From Candidatus Latescibacterota bacterium (GTDB taxonomy: Bacteria > Latescibacterota > UBA2968): a stretch of 64,000 nt of DNA. How positions within the stretch are numbered: the stretch's first letter is position 1; the number at the start of each line of letters is the position of its first letter. The notes beneath the pieces are model-generated. The model saw only the letters and a program-made list of their open reading frames with translations, did not search any database and was not told the DNA's origin. The DNA is taken from contig OZ244960.1 in the NCBI GenBank assembly GCA_965222605.1, positions 32,001 through 96,000 on the forward strand. The letters run 5' to 3'. The position numbers and the translations under genes were made by a program. This document shows positions 50,541 to 60,084 of the stretch, one piece after another.

Positions 50541-50566
50541 GTAGGGCGATCCCTTGTGATCACCCT
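50541..50566. repeat. Degenerate GTAG-type REP-like palindrome
   Basis: GTAGGGCGATCCCTTGTGATCACCCT imperfect hairpin at a position equivalent to 48502. Confidence 0.55.
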
Positions 50567-50635
50567 TTCGTAAGATACAAGGTAAATTCAAGCCCTGCTG
50601 CTCACAGACAGCTCCACCGCTGGAGTCATCATCAG

Positions 50636-50676
50636 AAAAAGAAAACGCCCCAGCATTGTTGTGCCGGGGCGTTCTT
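50636..50676. terminator. Terminator, diverged homologue of 48577-48620
   Basis: aacgcccc..gca....tgc.ggggcgtt stem. Confidence 0.7.
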
Positions 50677-50712
50677 ATCAGATAGGTAAATTCCACTCTC
50701 GCAACCTCACCA

Positions 50713-53607
50713 CTACGGAACAACATCAATTCGAAAATCGTTGCCGACACGAGTCCCCATGAATCCATTCAAGTTGAAGCTACTGACGCAAATCTGGTCA
50801 CTACCGAAGAGGGGAGTATAAACGAAGCACCCGTCACCAATATTTCTAAACTCCCCACCGCTGACCGTACAGCTCTGGTTGGGACTTACGACCATCCCTG
50901 CCTGGCAGCGGCCAAGGCTCCCACCGCCGCTACTGCCACTGCTGACCGTGACGCGTACGCCGGTTGAGCAGTTGTTATTGGTATCACTCTCACCGCTGAC
51001 ACTCTCGACACACGCACCATAGTAATATGTGCCCGCACTCGATGGCGCATTCAAACTGATTGATTCAGTACTGCTGCCAGAAGCTGAAAGACCATTTACC
51101 GTGTCGGTACCTACTTCCGTATCGCTGGTAGAAATCGTTGCGTCTGGCGAGCGGTAATAGCGCAAGGTCGTAGAAGCAGAAGAACCCCTGCCCTGGTTGC
51201 GAACCGTCGCACTCAGTGTGAACGATTGCCCTGTGGTCAGGGTGCTATTACTTACTGAAGGCGATTCTACAATCAGGTCTGGACTGCTACTACCACCGCC
51301 ATCACCACTTCCTGATTGCCCGGAACTGGTGTACACATAGACCTTCTCATCATCCGGATCAACCACATAGAATCGGTCGTTGGCATACGTGATGCCTTCC
51401 CGATAATTATTATCTCTATGCAGATCGAAGTCTGCACTTGCATCACGCTGCCCGGAACTCGTGTACACATAGACCTTATCATCCCACCAATCAACCACAT
51501 AGAATCGGTCGTTGGCATACGTGATACCTTCCGGATAACCATTGTCTCTATGCAGATGGAAGGCTGCACTTGCATCATGCTGCCCAGAACTCGTGTACGC
51601 ATAGACATCATCACCCGAATCAACCACATAGAATCGGTCGTTGGCATACGTGATGCCTACCGGACGACCATTGTCGCTATGCAGATCGAAGTCTGCACTT
51701 GCATCACGCTGCCCGGAACTCGTGTACACATAGACCTTATCATCGGTCCCATCAACCACATAGAATCGGTCGTTGGCATACGTGATACCATACGCTATAC
51801 TGTTGTTGCTATCCAGATCGAAGTCTGCACTTGCATCATGCTGCCCAGAACTCGTGTACGCATAGACCTTATCATCAACCACATAGAGTCGGTTGTTGGC
51901 ATACGTGATGCCTGCTGCTCTCCTGTTGTTGCTATCCAGATAGAAAGATGTGCTCGGCGGCGTCTCACCACCACTTCCTGATTGCCCGGAACTCGTGTAC
52001 ACATAGACCTTATCAAGCCAATCAACCACATAGAATCGGTTGTTGGCATACGTGATGCCTCCCGCTATAATGTTGTTGCTATCCAGATAGAAGTCTGCAC
52101 TTGCATCATGCTGCCCGGAACTCGTGTACACATAGACCTTCTCATCGGTCCGATCAACCACATAGAGTCGGTCGTTGGCATACGTGATACCACCCGGACG
52201 CTTATTCTCTCTGTGCAGATCGAAGTCTGCACTTGCATCACGCTGCCCGGAACTCGTGTACGCATAGACCTTATCATAAAACCCATCAACCACATAGAAC
52301 CGGTCGTTGGCATACGTGATACCATACGCTATAAAGATGTTGCCCAGATCGAAGTCTGCACTTGCATCACGCTGCCCGGAACTCGTGTACGCATAGACCT
52401 TATCATCATCTACATCAGCCACATAGAATCGGTTGTTGGCATACGTGATACCACCCGGATCACCATTGTCTCTATGCAGATCGAAGTCTGCACTTGCATC
52501 ACGCTGCCCGGAACTCGTGTACGCATAGACCTTATCATCCCCCCCCTCAGTAAACAATTCTCCCTGATCAACCACATAGAATCGGTTGTTGGCATACGTG
52601 ATGCCTTCCGGATAATCATTGCCTCTATGCAAATCGAAAGGGGTGCTCGTTGGCGGCGTCCCACTGCCACCGCTACTACCGCCGTTAGAAGGCGACACTT
52701 GCTGACCAAATCTACTGCTAAATATCAGAAAATCGGAAAATCCAATTGCGCCATCGCTATCCAGGTCATATTTGGCTTCATACCTTCCATCCCCTTGACG
52801 TGATCCAAACTGACCTGCAAACGCCAAAAAGTCAGCAAAGCCAACCGTGCCATCGCCATCAAAATCGGGAGAGATCATGGCATTGAACGAGATCGCATTT
52901 GTTGTTGTGATTACGTCGCTCAATACCGCGCTTTCAGCAAGCGTAACCTCCTTAATACCAAGGGTAAATTCCTTATTCGTAACATCCGCTGCGGTGGAAA
53001 ACTCAGCCCTTGCCAGAAAACCGGAAGATGGCAAAGTAACAGGCGTAGTAGCCGCAAAATTCGCGCCCGTCGCTTCTGGAATAGAAAGGGCAAAAGCACT
53101 ATTCTCGACCTTGTCAAGCGTCAAAACAGACGCATCAAAATCAAATAGGATTTTCACACCACTCAGCGGTGTAGTCACACCCTTTGCGAAAACTTCAACA
53201 GCGATCTTCGTGCCCTGCCCAGAAACAACGCCTGATGTGACGCCATCATCTATCTGATTGCCCGCCTCGCCATCGGTAATCAGGTCAAGTGACAGAACAG
53301 CATTGGCATTGGAGCCAACAGCAATTTTTGCGCGGCGTTCAAGTTCCGCATCCAATGTCGCCCTTTCTTTACGCGCTTTTTTCTCTGCGAGGTGCTCAAG
53401 CCACTGCCTTTCAGCCCGGTCAGCGACAATTTTTGTGCGGCGTGCGGAATCCGTGTCTAAATTGCTGCCATTGACACTCATATCAGGCGATAGTGTTGCA
53501 TTGACATTGGGATCAGGAGCGTCAGCAGCGGCGTGCCGACGACCCACCAGGACCAACAATGCCAGCACAATCATCAGCAAGCTCGCTGACAACATATGTT
53601 TGCCCAT
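50713..53607 (-). CDS. Large secreted protein: cohesin-like domain, EF-hand/dockerin-like pair, 10 beta-propeller repeats, CARDB domain, Cys-rich C-terminus
   Basis: Signal peptide; DFDGDGTVGFADFL and DLDSDGAIGFSDFL; 10x GITYAN.RFYVVD...DKVY.YTSSGQ; PDLIVES...ATVRNQG...YYYGACVESV.GESDTNNNCS. Confidence 0.85.
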   Translation of the reverse strand: MGKHMLSASLLMIVLALLVLVGRRHAAADAPDPNVNATLSPDMSVNGSNLDTDSARRTKIVADRAERQWLEHLAEKKARKERATLDAELERRAKIAVGSNANAVLSLDLITDGEAGNQIDDGVTSGVVSGQGTKIAVEVFAKGVTTPLSGVKILFDFDASVLTLDKVENSAFALSIPEATGANFAATTPVTLPSSGFLARAEFSTAADVTNKEFTLGIKEVTLAESAVLSDVITTTNAISFNAMISPDFDGDGTVGFADFLAFAGQFGSRQGDGRYEAKYDLDSDGAIGFSDFLIFSSRFGQQVSPSNGGSSGGSGTPPTSTPFDLHRGNDYPEGITYANNRFYVVDQGELFTEGGDDKVYAYTSSGQRDASADFDLHRDNGDPGGITYANNRFYVADVDDDKVYAYTSSGQRDASADFDLGNIFIAYGITYANDRFYVVDGFYDKVYAYTSSGQRDASADFDLHRENKRPGGITYANDRLYVVDRTDEKVYVYTSSGQHDASADFYLDSNNIIAGGITYANNRFYVVDWLDKVYVYTSSGQSGSGGETPPSTSFYLDSNNRRAAGITYANNRLYVVDDKVYAYTSSGQHDASADFDLDSNNSIAYGITYANDRFYVVDGTDDKVYVYTSSGQRDASADFDLHSDNGRPVGITYANDRFYVVDSGDDVYAYTSSGQHDASAAFHLHRDNGYPEGITYANDRFYVVDWWDDKVYVYTSSGQRDASADFDLHRDNNYREGITYANDRFYVVDPDDEKVYVYTSSGQSGSGDGGGSSSPDLIVESPSVSNSTLTTGQSFTLSATVRNQGRGSSASTTLRYYRSPDATISTSDTEVGTDTVNGLSASGSSTESISLNAPSSAGTYYYGACVESVSGESDTNNNCSTGVRVTVSSGSSGGGSLGRCQAGMVVSPNQSCTVSGGEFRNIGDGCFVYTPLFGSDQICVSSFNLNGFMGTRVGNDFRIDVVP
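51316..52640 (-). repeat. Ten ~123-156 bp coding tandem repeats in two blocks of five
   Basis: Recurrent gttggcatacgtgat and gaagtctgcacttgcatca units; linker at ~51950-51985. Confidence 0.95.
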
Positions 53608-53723
53608 GGGAAGCCCTCCAAAAAATGTAATTGATTTTAGGGTTGTGAGTTCTACGCGGATTCTTATGATTGTTTTTTAGATAGTGGATTCCACACAGAC
53701 AGTGTAGCCCTGCCTTTTCGCCA

Positions 53724-54530
53724 TTACTTCAGCAACATCATGCGCTGAACCTGAGAAAAATCGGCCACTGACATGCGATAAATATAAATCCCACTGGCTA
53801 CTTGCTTGCCAAATTCATCCGTACCATCCCAAACGACCGAGTGAAAACCCGCATCCATTGACTCTCGGACTAAAGTGCGAACTTCCTGCCCGAGCAGATT
53901 GTAGATCACCAGTTGGACGTCACCGGCTTCTGGCAACCGATAGTCTATCGTTGTGGAGGGGTTAAAAGGATTCGGGACATTTTGCCCAAGAGCGTAATCT
54001 TTGGGCATGGTCTTGAAAGTGCCAATTTCAATATTGGTAATGGCATCAATACCACCAACCAAATCAACCATCACACCGTCGAAAATCTGAAAATCAGAGG
54101 CAAGAGGCGTCTGTGTGGTTTTAAACGTAAACTCGACCAGAGCGCCATCGCCACTGACCGCCTGGCCATCGACCTTCATCGCACCAACAGCCACTTGCCC
54201 GGGCGTCTTGTTAGACGCGAGAAATAGCGCGGGCTGCCCACTGTTCGCATCGAGCAGATTTTGATCGACCTGGCGTGCTTCGACAAACTCATACTTGGAT
54301 TGATCGTACTGCAGCACAAAACCGTAACCCTTCAATTTCTGCGCGTGATTGACAGCAATCTGCAACTTCAGAACACCATCTTCGGCAACAATATTTTGCG
54401 TGCGTTGCGGCACCAGACTTGCCAGGCTATTTTCGCCGCCCGTAAACTCTATACCCTGTGTCAGAAGTCCAGCAATGGCCGATCCAACCAGACCCAGACC
54501 CAAACCTGCAGCAACAATTAAACGCTTCAT
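53724..54530 (-). CDS. Secreted cohesin-like domain protein with FlgD-Ig/T9SS-like C-terminal domain
   Basis: Signal peptide; LKGYGFVLQYD.SKYEFV, SGDG.LV...FK; QNVPNPFNPSTTI.Y.LP...IYNLLGQEVRTLV...WDG.D..G.QVASGIYIYR. Confidence 0.85.
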   Translation of the reverse strand: MKRLIVAAGLGLGLVGSAIAGLLTQGIEFTGGENSLASLVPQRTQNIVAEDGVLKLQIAVNHAQKLKGYGFVLQYDQSKYEFVEARQVDQNLLDANSGQPALFLASNKTPGQVAVGAMKVDGQAVSGDGALVEFTFKTTQTPLASDFQIFDGVMVDLVGGIDAITNIEIGTFKTMPKDYALGQNVPNPFNPSTTIDYRLPEAGDVQLVIYNLLGQEVRTLVRESMDAGFHSVVWDGTDEFGKQVASGIYIYRMSVADFSQVQRMMLLK

Positions 54531-54758
54531 AGCACTTCCTCCTGTTGAAGAATGTTCAGGGAACATTTAAGGAACTTACTGTGTCGCAATAGCTTATGAC
54601 GCCTATTTTTAAGGATAATTACTTGCTAATCAAAGCTTGCTACCACCTACAAGTTCCTTTCATACATAACCCCATGCGGGGTCAGATGCTGATAAGGTAC
54701 CCACCGAAACGGGTCAAGTCCAAGCCTAAATACGCCACCAAAATGGGGAACTCCAATC

Positions 54759-55247
54759 TCATTCAGCTTTTTTTATTTGAATCTGGACAGTTTGAGGCGA
54801 CACAACTTTTAAAAATACATCTTCATCTTCGGTTAGTACCATTTTAACGGGTATATCCAAAGCACCTGTTTGTTTGCTAGTGAGATTGACGGTGATTTCT
54901 TTTGGCTCGAGATTATTCCAGGTGCCCATGGCGGCATCTATAATGAGGGGTACTAAGCCACCGAGAATATCAAGGACAACGATACCTACGTTGACTTTTT
55001 GTCCAATTTTTACCTGCTGCGTCTCGTATCCTTCTTTTGAGATGGTAACAACATAACTATTATTGCGTTGCAGTTCGATCATCGCCGGGGTGAGATCTGT
55101 TGTACCATCGACTTCAATAGTGCTTCCTTGCGGGAATGATTTGATGCTCACGGTTTGAGTAGTACCCATAAAAAGTGCGCCACAACTGAAAAAAGAAAAA
55201 GCACACAGCAGGACTGCTAAAATGTAATTGATGACTCCCTTGTTCAT
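54759..55247 (-). CDS. PEGA-domain lipoprotein
   Basis: FSC lipobox; GTTQ.VSI.S.P.G..I.VDG....TP..I.L.R...Y.V.ISKEGY. Confidence 0.8.
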   Translation of the reverse strand: MNKGVINYILAVLLCAFSFFSCGALFMGTTQTVSIKSFPQGSTIEVDGTTDLTPAMIELQRNNSYVVTISKEGYETQQVKIGQKVNVGIVVLDILGGLVPLIIDAAMGTWNNLEPKEITVNLTSKQTGALDIPVKMVLTEDEDVFLKVVSPQTVQIQIKKAE

Positions 55248-55584
55248 GACAGTGTTCCTTTCAATTGGTTACAGGAATAAACGATGATGATTTACAACTG
55301 GAAGATAGCTATATCGTCGTTCAGTTATCACATTCGCTGTCTCTATAAAACGTTTTCTGCCGTTGCGGTATAAAAAAATCCGCATTTTGTTCCTCCTCTA
55401 CGCAAGACGTAGTGTGATATGGTTGTGGGCTTGATCCGTTTTGGATGCTGTGCTGTTGCCGAATTATATTTTTACCATATCATGTAGGGTTTTTGATTCC
55501 ATATACCTCTCTTATAGCTGACTGAAGGCAATTCAACAACCAGGCTGGCAGAACTGCCGCCGCCCCGCCCCAAATCTACACTGG

Positions 55585-56172
55585 TCAGAACGTGACACGG
55601 GCACCCAGGACCACTTTAGGATTCTCCTTCTGACCGGATACCACATTGATCATGGGACTAACTCGCAAACGTCCACTCGCAGATGGTTTTGAGATGGTCA
55701 TCCATTCTTCACGCCTTATCAATGTACCGATGAGCAGGCCACCCAGCCCCAGTCCACCACCCCATACGACAGAGGACAAAACCATCGCCTCAACACCGAT
55801 CTCATCGCACTCTTCATCGGCGGTGCCGAAGGTCAGGGTCTGGCAAGTGTTATAAATGAGCGAACCGTATATATATCCCGCAATGACACCGGTTCCACCC
55901 CCAATTACGAACCCTTTTTTTCCGTGGTTTCGGGTCCCCAGGCTTCGTTCCAACTTCTGGATATTAGCGTGTATGACGCGTTGAGATCTGCCATCAGACA
56001 GGTTGAGTTCGAAACTACTCTGGCCCTTTGCTGCGACAGTGCCAATCACGGTGCTATTTTCCAAGGTCACGCGGAGACGCTCGCCTAAGTTTTGGCCAAA
56101 AAGAGGGGCTGGCAAACTCAGGGCTAAGGCCATTACACTCATGAGAACGATGAATTTCTGTAGGTGTTTCAT
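55585..56172 (-). CDS. Secreted glycine-zipper hypothetical protein
   Basis: SD gaaggag; signal peptide; GxxxG helices; ends in an amphipathic strand with terminal F. Confidence 0.75.
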   Translation of the reverse strand: MKHLQKFIVLMSVMALALSLPAPLFGQNLGERLRVTLENSTVIGTVAAKGQSSFELNLSDGRSQRVIHANIQKLERSLGTRNHGKKGFVIGGGTGVIAGYIYGSLIYNTCQTLTFGTADEECDEIGVEAMVLSSVVWGGGLGLGGLLIGTLIRREEWMTISKPSASGRLRVSPMINVVSGQKENPKVVLGARVTF

Positions 56173-56438
56173 GTCTGCTACTCCTTCCTTGAAAAAAGGT
56201 AAAACTGAGATCACTCCTCAGTTCGTGAAATTGACTGACCGGGTCTTTTTTTAGACGAGACCGCATGGGTTGTTGTGAGTTCGTCGTTTGCATTGGGACC
56301 CGCAGAAACTTGACCCGCAAACGCCAGAAATGCAAAGGCAACAATACTTTTTTTCAAACATTTGCAACCCCCGATGTCATTGTTGTTTTTCAGATATTTA
56401 CATGGTGGTTCCACACAGGCCGTGTAGCCCTTTCGCCA

Positions 56439-56531
56439 TTACTTCAGCAATATCATGCGCTGAACCCTGGTAAAATCGGCCACTGACATGCGATAAATGT
56501 AAATACCACTGGTGACTTGTTTGCCAAACTC
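56439..56531 (-). pseudogene. Orphan 3' end of a FlgD-Ig gene, paralogous to 53724-53816
   Basis: EFGKQVTSGIYIYRMSVADFTRVQRMILLK* versus EFGKQVASGIYIYRMSVADFSQVQRMMLLK*; downstream UTR also shared. Confidence 0.85.
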
Positions 56532-56807
56532 AAAGGAATGTGGCGCACGCGCCACTTAAAACTGTTCATTGTTTAAGATAAATAAATTTTCTGACGATTT
56601 CTCCACCTAAAGTTTGTCCTGACGTTCAAAATTTGTCTCAGTTTCCATTTTTTTCACATATAGTCGAACTATTGCGAAAAAAATGTAACTGACTTTGTGG
56701 CTGTGGCGTTTTATATTTTGACACAGCCATCAGATTAGCGATAAAGGAGACACCATGGACCTCTCCAAATTTCAAGACGATACTATTCTCGCCGATAGGA
56801 GGTTTTC

Positions 56808-58484
56808 ATGCAGACCAACTACGACGTCAACATGCAATTAGATGTCAAAGTGCCCATGCGAGACGGCATTAACCTCTCCGCCGACATCTACCTGCCCCGA
56901 GCACGGGGCAAATTTCCCACCGTGCTCATGCGAACGCCTTATAGCAACAACGCCGACAACATGGTTGAAAAAGCCCGACGGCTTGCCAACAATAGCTATG
57001 CCTGCCTTATTCAAGACTGCCGAGGACGATGGGACTCAGAAGGGGAATATTACGCCTTTCGGGAAGGCGAAGATGGGTACGATACCCAGGAATGGATTGG
57101 CAAACAAGAATGGTGCAATGGCAAAATCGGCATGGCCGGCAGCTCCTATGGCGGCACGGTCCAGTGGCGTAGCGCGCCGTATCGCAGCCAGTACCTCAAA
57201 TGCATCACACCCCGCGTTATATGCACGGACTATTACTCAGGCCTCGTCCACCCCGGCGGTGCTTTCCAACTCAATGTCATGATGACCTGGGGCATGCGCA
57301 CCAATGCTCGCACCGCGCAAACCATTGAATTCCACAACTGGACCGAAGCATTCCGCGCACTGCCCCTCATAGAAATGGATGAACAGGCAGGCCGCAACCT
57401 GAATTTCTGGAAAGACTGGGTCGAACACGCCGCTTACGACGACTACTGGGAACAATTCAATGACGAAACCAAATGGGGCGAAATCGCCGTCCCCGCGTTC
57501 AACATGGGCGGCTGGTACGATTTGTACGCGGCACAGACCTTCACAAACTTCAACGGCCTGCGCCTGCACGGTCGCACCGAAGAAGCAAAAAAGGGCAAAC
57601 TTATCGTCGGCCCCTGGCCGCATTCCCTTAGCCTATCGCCCAAAACTGGCGATGTTGACTTCGGCGCACCATCAATGGTCGATCTGGAAAGCCTTGAACA
57701 GCGCTGGTTCGACCACTGGCTCAAAGGTATTGATAACGGCATTGCGGATGAACCCCCTTTGCGCCTCTTTATTATGGGCATCAACCAGTGGCGCGACGAA
57801 TGCGAATGGCCGCTTGCGAGAACCCAATGGCAAAAATGGCACCTGCACTCGGGTGGCAGTGCCAATACCCTGCTCGGCAACGGCACGATCTCCACGGCAT
57901 CACCAGAGAACGAATCGCCCGATCACTACACTTACGATCCGCGCTACCCCACCCCGACGATGGGCGGCAACAACTGTTGCTCACCCCACATCGTACCATG
58001 GGGACCTTATGACCAGCGTCCAGTAGAAATGCGCAGCGACGTACTTTGTTACACCAGCGACCCCCTCGAAACAGCCCTGGAAGTCACGGGCCCCATCAAA
58101 GCCGTCATCTACGCCGCCACCGACTGCACAGACACCGATTGGACCGCCAAACTTGTCGATGTATCGCCTACTGGATATGCTATGAACCTCTGTGACGGCA
58201 TCCTGCGTGCGCGCTTTCGGGAAAGCCTCACCAACCCTACCCTGCTCAACCCCGGCAACGTCTATGCCTATGAAATTGACCTCGGCGTAACCGGAAACGT
58301 ATTTAAAAAGGGCCACCGCATCCGCCTTGAAATATCTTCTTCCAATTTCCCCCGGTTTGACCGCAATCTCAATACAGGCGGTTCTCTGGGTCGTGAGACC
58401 GAGATGCGCCAGGCCCATCAAACCGTCTATCACTCAAGAGCATACCCATCCCACATCACACTGCCCGTTATTCCCTCGGCATAG
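56808..58484 (+). CDS. CocE/NonD family serine hydrolase
   Basis: VPMRDG..L.AD.Y.P, RTPY, QDCRGR.DSEG, GSSYGG nucleophile, GGWYD, GPWPH, SSSNFPRFDRN. Confidence 0.95.
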   Translation: MQTNYDVNMQLDVKVPMRDGINLSADIYLPRARGKFPTVLMRTPYSNNADNMVEKARRLANNSYACLIQDCRGRWDSEGEYYAFREGEDGYDTQEWIGKQEWCNGKIGMAGSSYGGTVQWRSAPYRSQYLKCITPRVICTDYYSGLVHPGGAFQLNVMMTWGMRTNARTAQTIEFHNWTEAFRALPLIEMDEQAGRNLNFWKDWVEHAAYDDYWEQFNDETKWGEIAVPAFNMGGWYDLYAAQTFTNFNGLRLHGRTEEAKKGKLIVGPWPHSLSLSPKTGDVDFGAPSMVDLESLEQRWFDHWLKGIDNGIADEPPLRLFIMGINQWRDECEWPLARTQWQKWHLHSGGSANTLLGNGTISTASPENESPDHYTYDPRYPTPTMGGNNCCSPHIVPWGPYDQRPVEMRSDVLCYTSDPLETALEVTGPIKAVIYAATDCTDTDWTAKLVDVSPTGYAMNLCDGILRARFRESLTNPTLLNPGNVYAYEIDLGVTGNVFKKGHRIRLEISSSNFPRFDRNLNTGGSLGRETEMRQAHQTVYHSRAYPSHITLPVIPSA

Positions 58485-58507
58485 CACCCCATCAAGCGGA
58501 GAATGAT

Positions 58508-59953
58508 ATGTCAGATCCTCGACCAAATATCCTGCTCATCACGACCGACCAGCAACGCGGCGACTGCATAGGTCTCGACCCGTGCAGTCCCCCTTGCCTG
58601 CAAACCCCCAACCTGGACTGGATTGCCCGCACTGGCACGCACTTTCACCGCGGATACTCCGAATGCCCCAGTTGCATACCCGCTCGCCGCTGCCTCATGA
58701 CCGGCACAGCACCTGCAGCAAATGGCGTTGTCGGATTCAAAAGCGCTCAGTGGCACCCGCCTCACACCCTGGCCGGCGAATTGTCCAGGGCGGGGTATCA
58801 AACAGAAATGATAGGCAAACTCCACTTAAACCCCAAACGCAAGCGCTATGGCTTCGACCACATGCAACTGGCCGACGCCACCCGGGGCGACCACAACGAC
58901 TATGTTGAATGGCTGCAGCAATACCACAACCGCAATGAAGTACACCCCGGCATGGCCCACGGTATCTCCTCCAACGGATGGATCGGTCGCCCACACCACC
59001 TGCCCGAAGAACAGATGCACACCTTCTGGTGTATCGACAGAGCAATGGACTTTCTCCAAAAACGCGATCCCACAGTCCCGTTTTTTCTCAACATATCCCT
59101 TATCGACCCCCATCCCCCGCTTACCCCCCCTGCTCTCTATTACGATCGCTATATCCAGCGGAACTTACCCGATCCCGTCATCGGAGACTGGGCACCCGAA
59201 TACGACGGTCCCCAAAAGGGTCTCGACCCCAATGCCTGGCAAATTTGCCTCGACGAACACGACATGCGCTGTTCTCGCGCGGCTTATTACGGCATGATCA
59301 ACTTCATAGACGACCAGATCGGCCGCCTCATCCAATATACCGGTGGTCTCAACAACTGTTTGACCATCTTCACATCCGACCACGGCGAAATGCTGGGCGA
59401 CCACAACCTCTTTCGCAAAACCTGGCCATATGAAGCATCTGCCCGAATTCCATTTCTCATACGCGCCCCAAAAAAATGGGGATACCCCGAAGAAATCACC
59501 ACCAAAAGTCCCGTCGGCATTCAGGACATCATGCCCACTATCCTCGATGCGGCCAGCATCGACATCCCCAATACCTGCACGGGCAAAAGCCTCCTGCCCG
59601 TCCTGCGAGGCGACACTGATCGCGTCCGAAAATTTCTACACGGAGAACACGCGGGCTGTTATGCCCCCGATCACGGCAACCACTATGTCACGGATGGCCA
59701 CCACAAATACATCTGGTATTCCCAAACGGGCGAAGAACACCTTTTCGACCTCGATGAAGACCCTCACGAAATGCGCGACATCACGCGCAATCCCAACTCT
59801 GAAAAGGGAATACAACCCTGGCGAAATCGCCTCATCGAAGTCCTCAAAGACCGTCCAGAAGGTTTTACCGATGGCACTCATTTAATCCCCGGCCAACCCC
59901 ACGAAGAACTCCTGCCTGGCTACACTCCCGAAGCGACCTACCCCTATTTATAA
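58508..59953 (+). CDS. Sulfatase (Cys-type)
   Basis: PNILLITTDQQR, CIPAR..LMTG, GKLH, TSDHGEMLGDH. Confidence 0.95.
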   Translation: MSDPRPNILLITTDQQRGDCIGLDPCSPPCLQTPNLDWIARTGTHFHRGYSECPSCIPARRCLMTGTAPAANGVVGFKSAQWHPPHTLAGELSRAGYQTEMIGKLHLNPKRKRYGFDHMQLADATRGDHNDYVEWLQQYHNRNEVHPGMAHGISSNGWIGRPHHLPEEQMHTFWCIDRAMDFLQKRDPTVPFFLNISLIDPHPPLTPPALYYDRYIQRNLPDPVIGDWAPEYDGPQKGLDPNAWQICLDEHDMRCSRAAYYGMINFIDDQIGRLIQYTGGLNNCLTIFTSDHGEMLGDHNLFRKTWPYEASARIPFLIRAPKKWGYPEEITTKSPVGIQDIMPTILDAASIDIPNTCTGKSLLPVLRGDTDRVRKFLHGEHAGCYAPDHGNHYVTDGHHKYIWYSQTGEEHLFDLDEDPHEMRDITRNPNSEKGIQPWRNRLIEVLKDRPEGFTDGTHLIPGQPHEELLPGYTPEATYPYL

Positions 59954-59977
59954 GGAATCATCAATCTGTTCATCCCC

Positions 59978-60007
59978 ACCGCCCGACAACAACGGGCGGT
60001 TTTTTTT
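59978..60007 (+). terminator. Intrinsic terminator
   Basis: accgcccg / cgggcggt plus T7. Confidence 0.85.
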
Positions 60008-60084
60008 GTGTTTTTTAGAGCAACTTATGTGCATTTTAGCAGTTAAAATAAAATACCCCACTTCCCCAACTCCGGAGACGCCAA

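Noticed and set aside
51316-52803. Long + strand ORFs (221 and 273 aa) with repeated motifs; CRISPR-like or DGR-like appearance of the repeats
   Set aside because: Antisense shadows of the coding repeats in 50713-53607. The units are ~130 bp, in-frame and lack unique spacers; no cas or reverse transcriptase gene is in the window.
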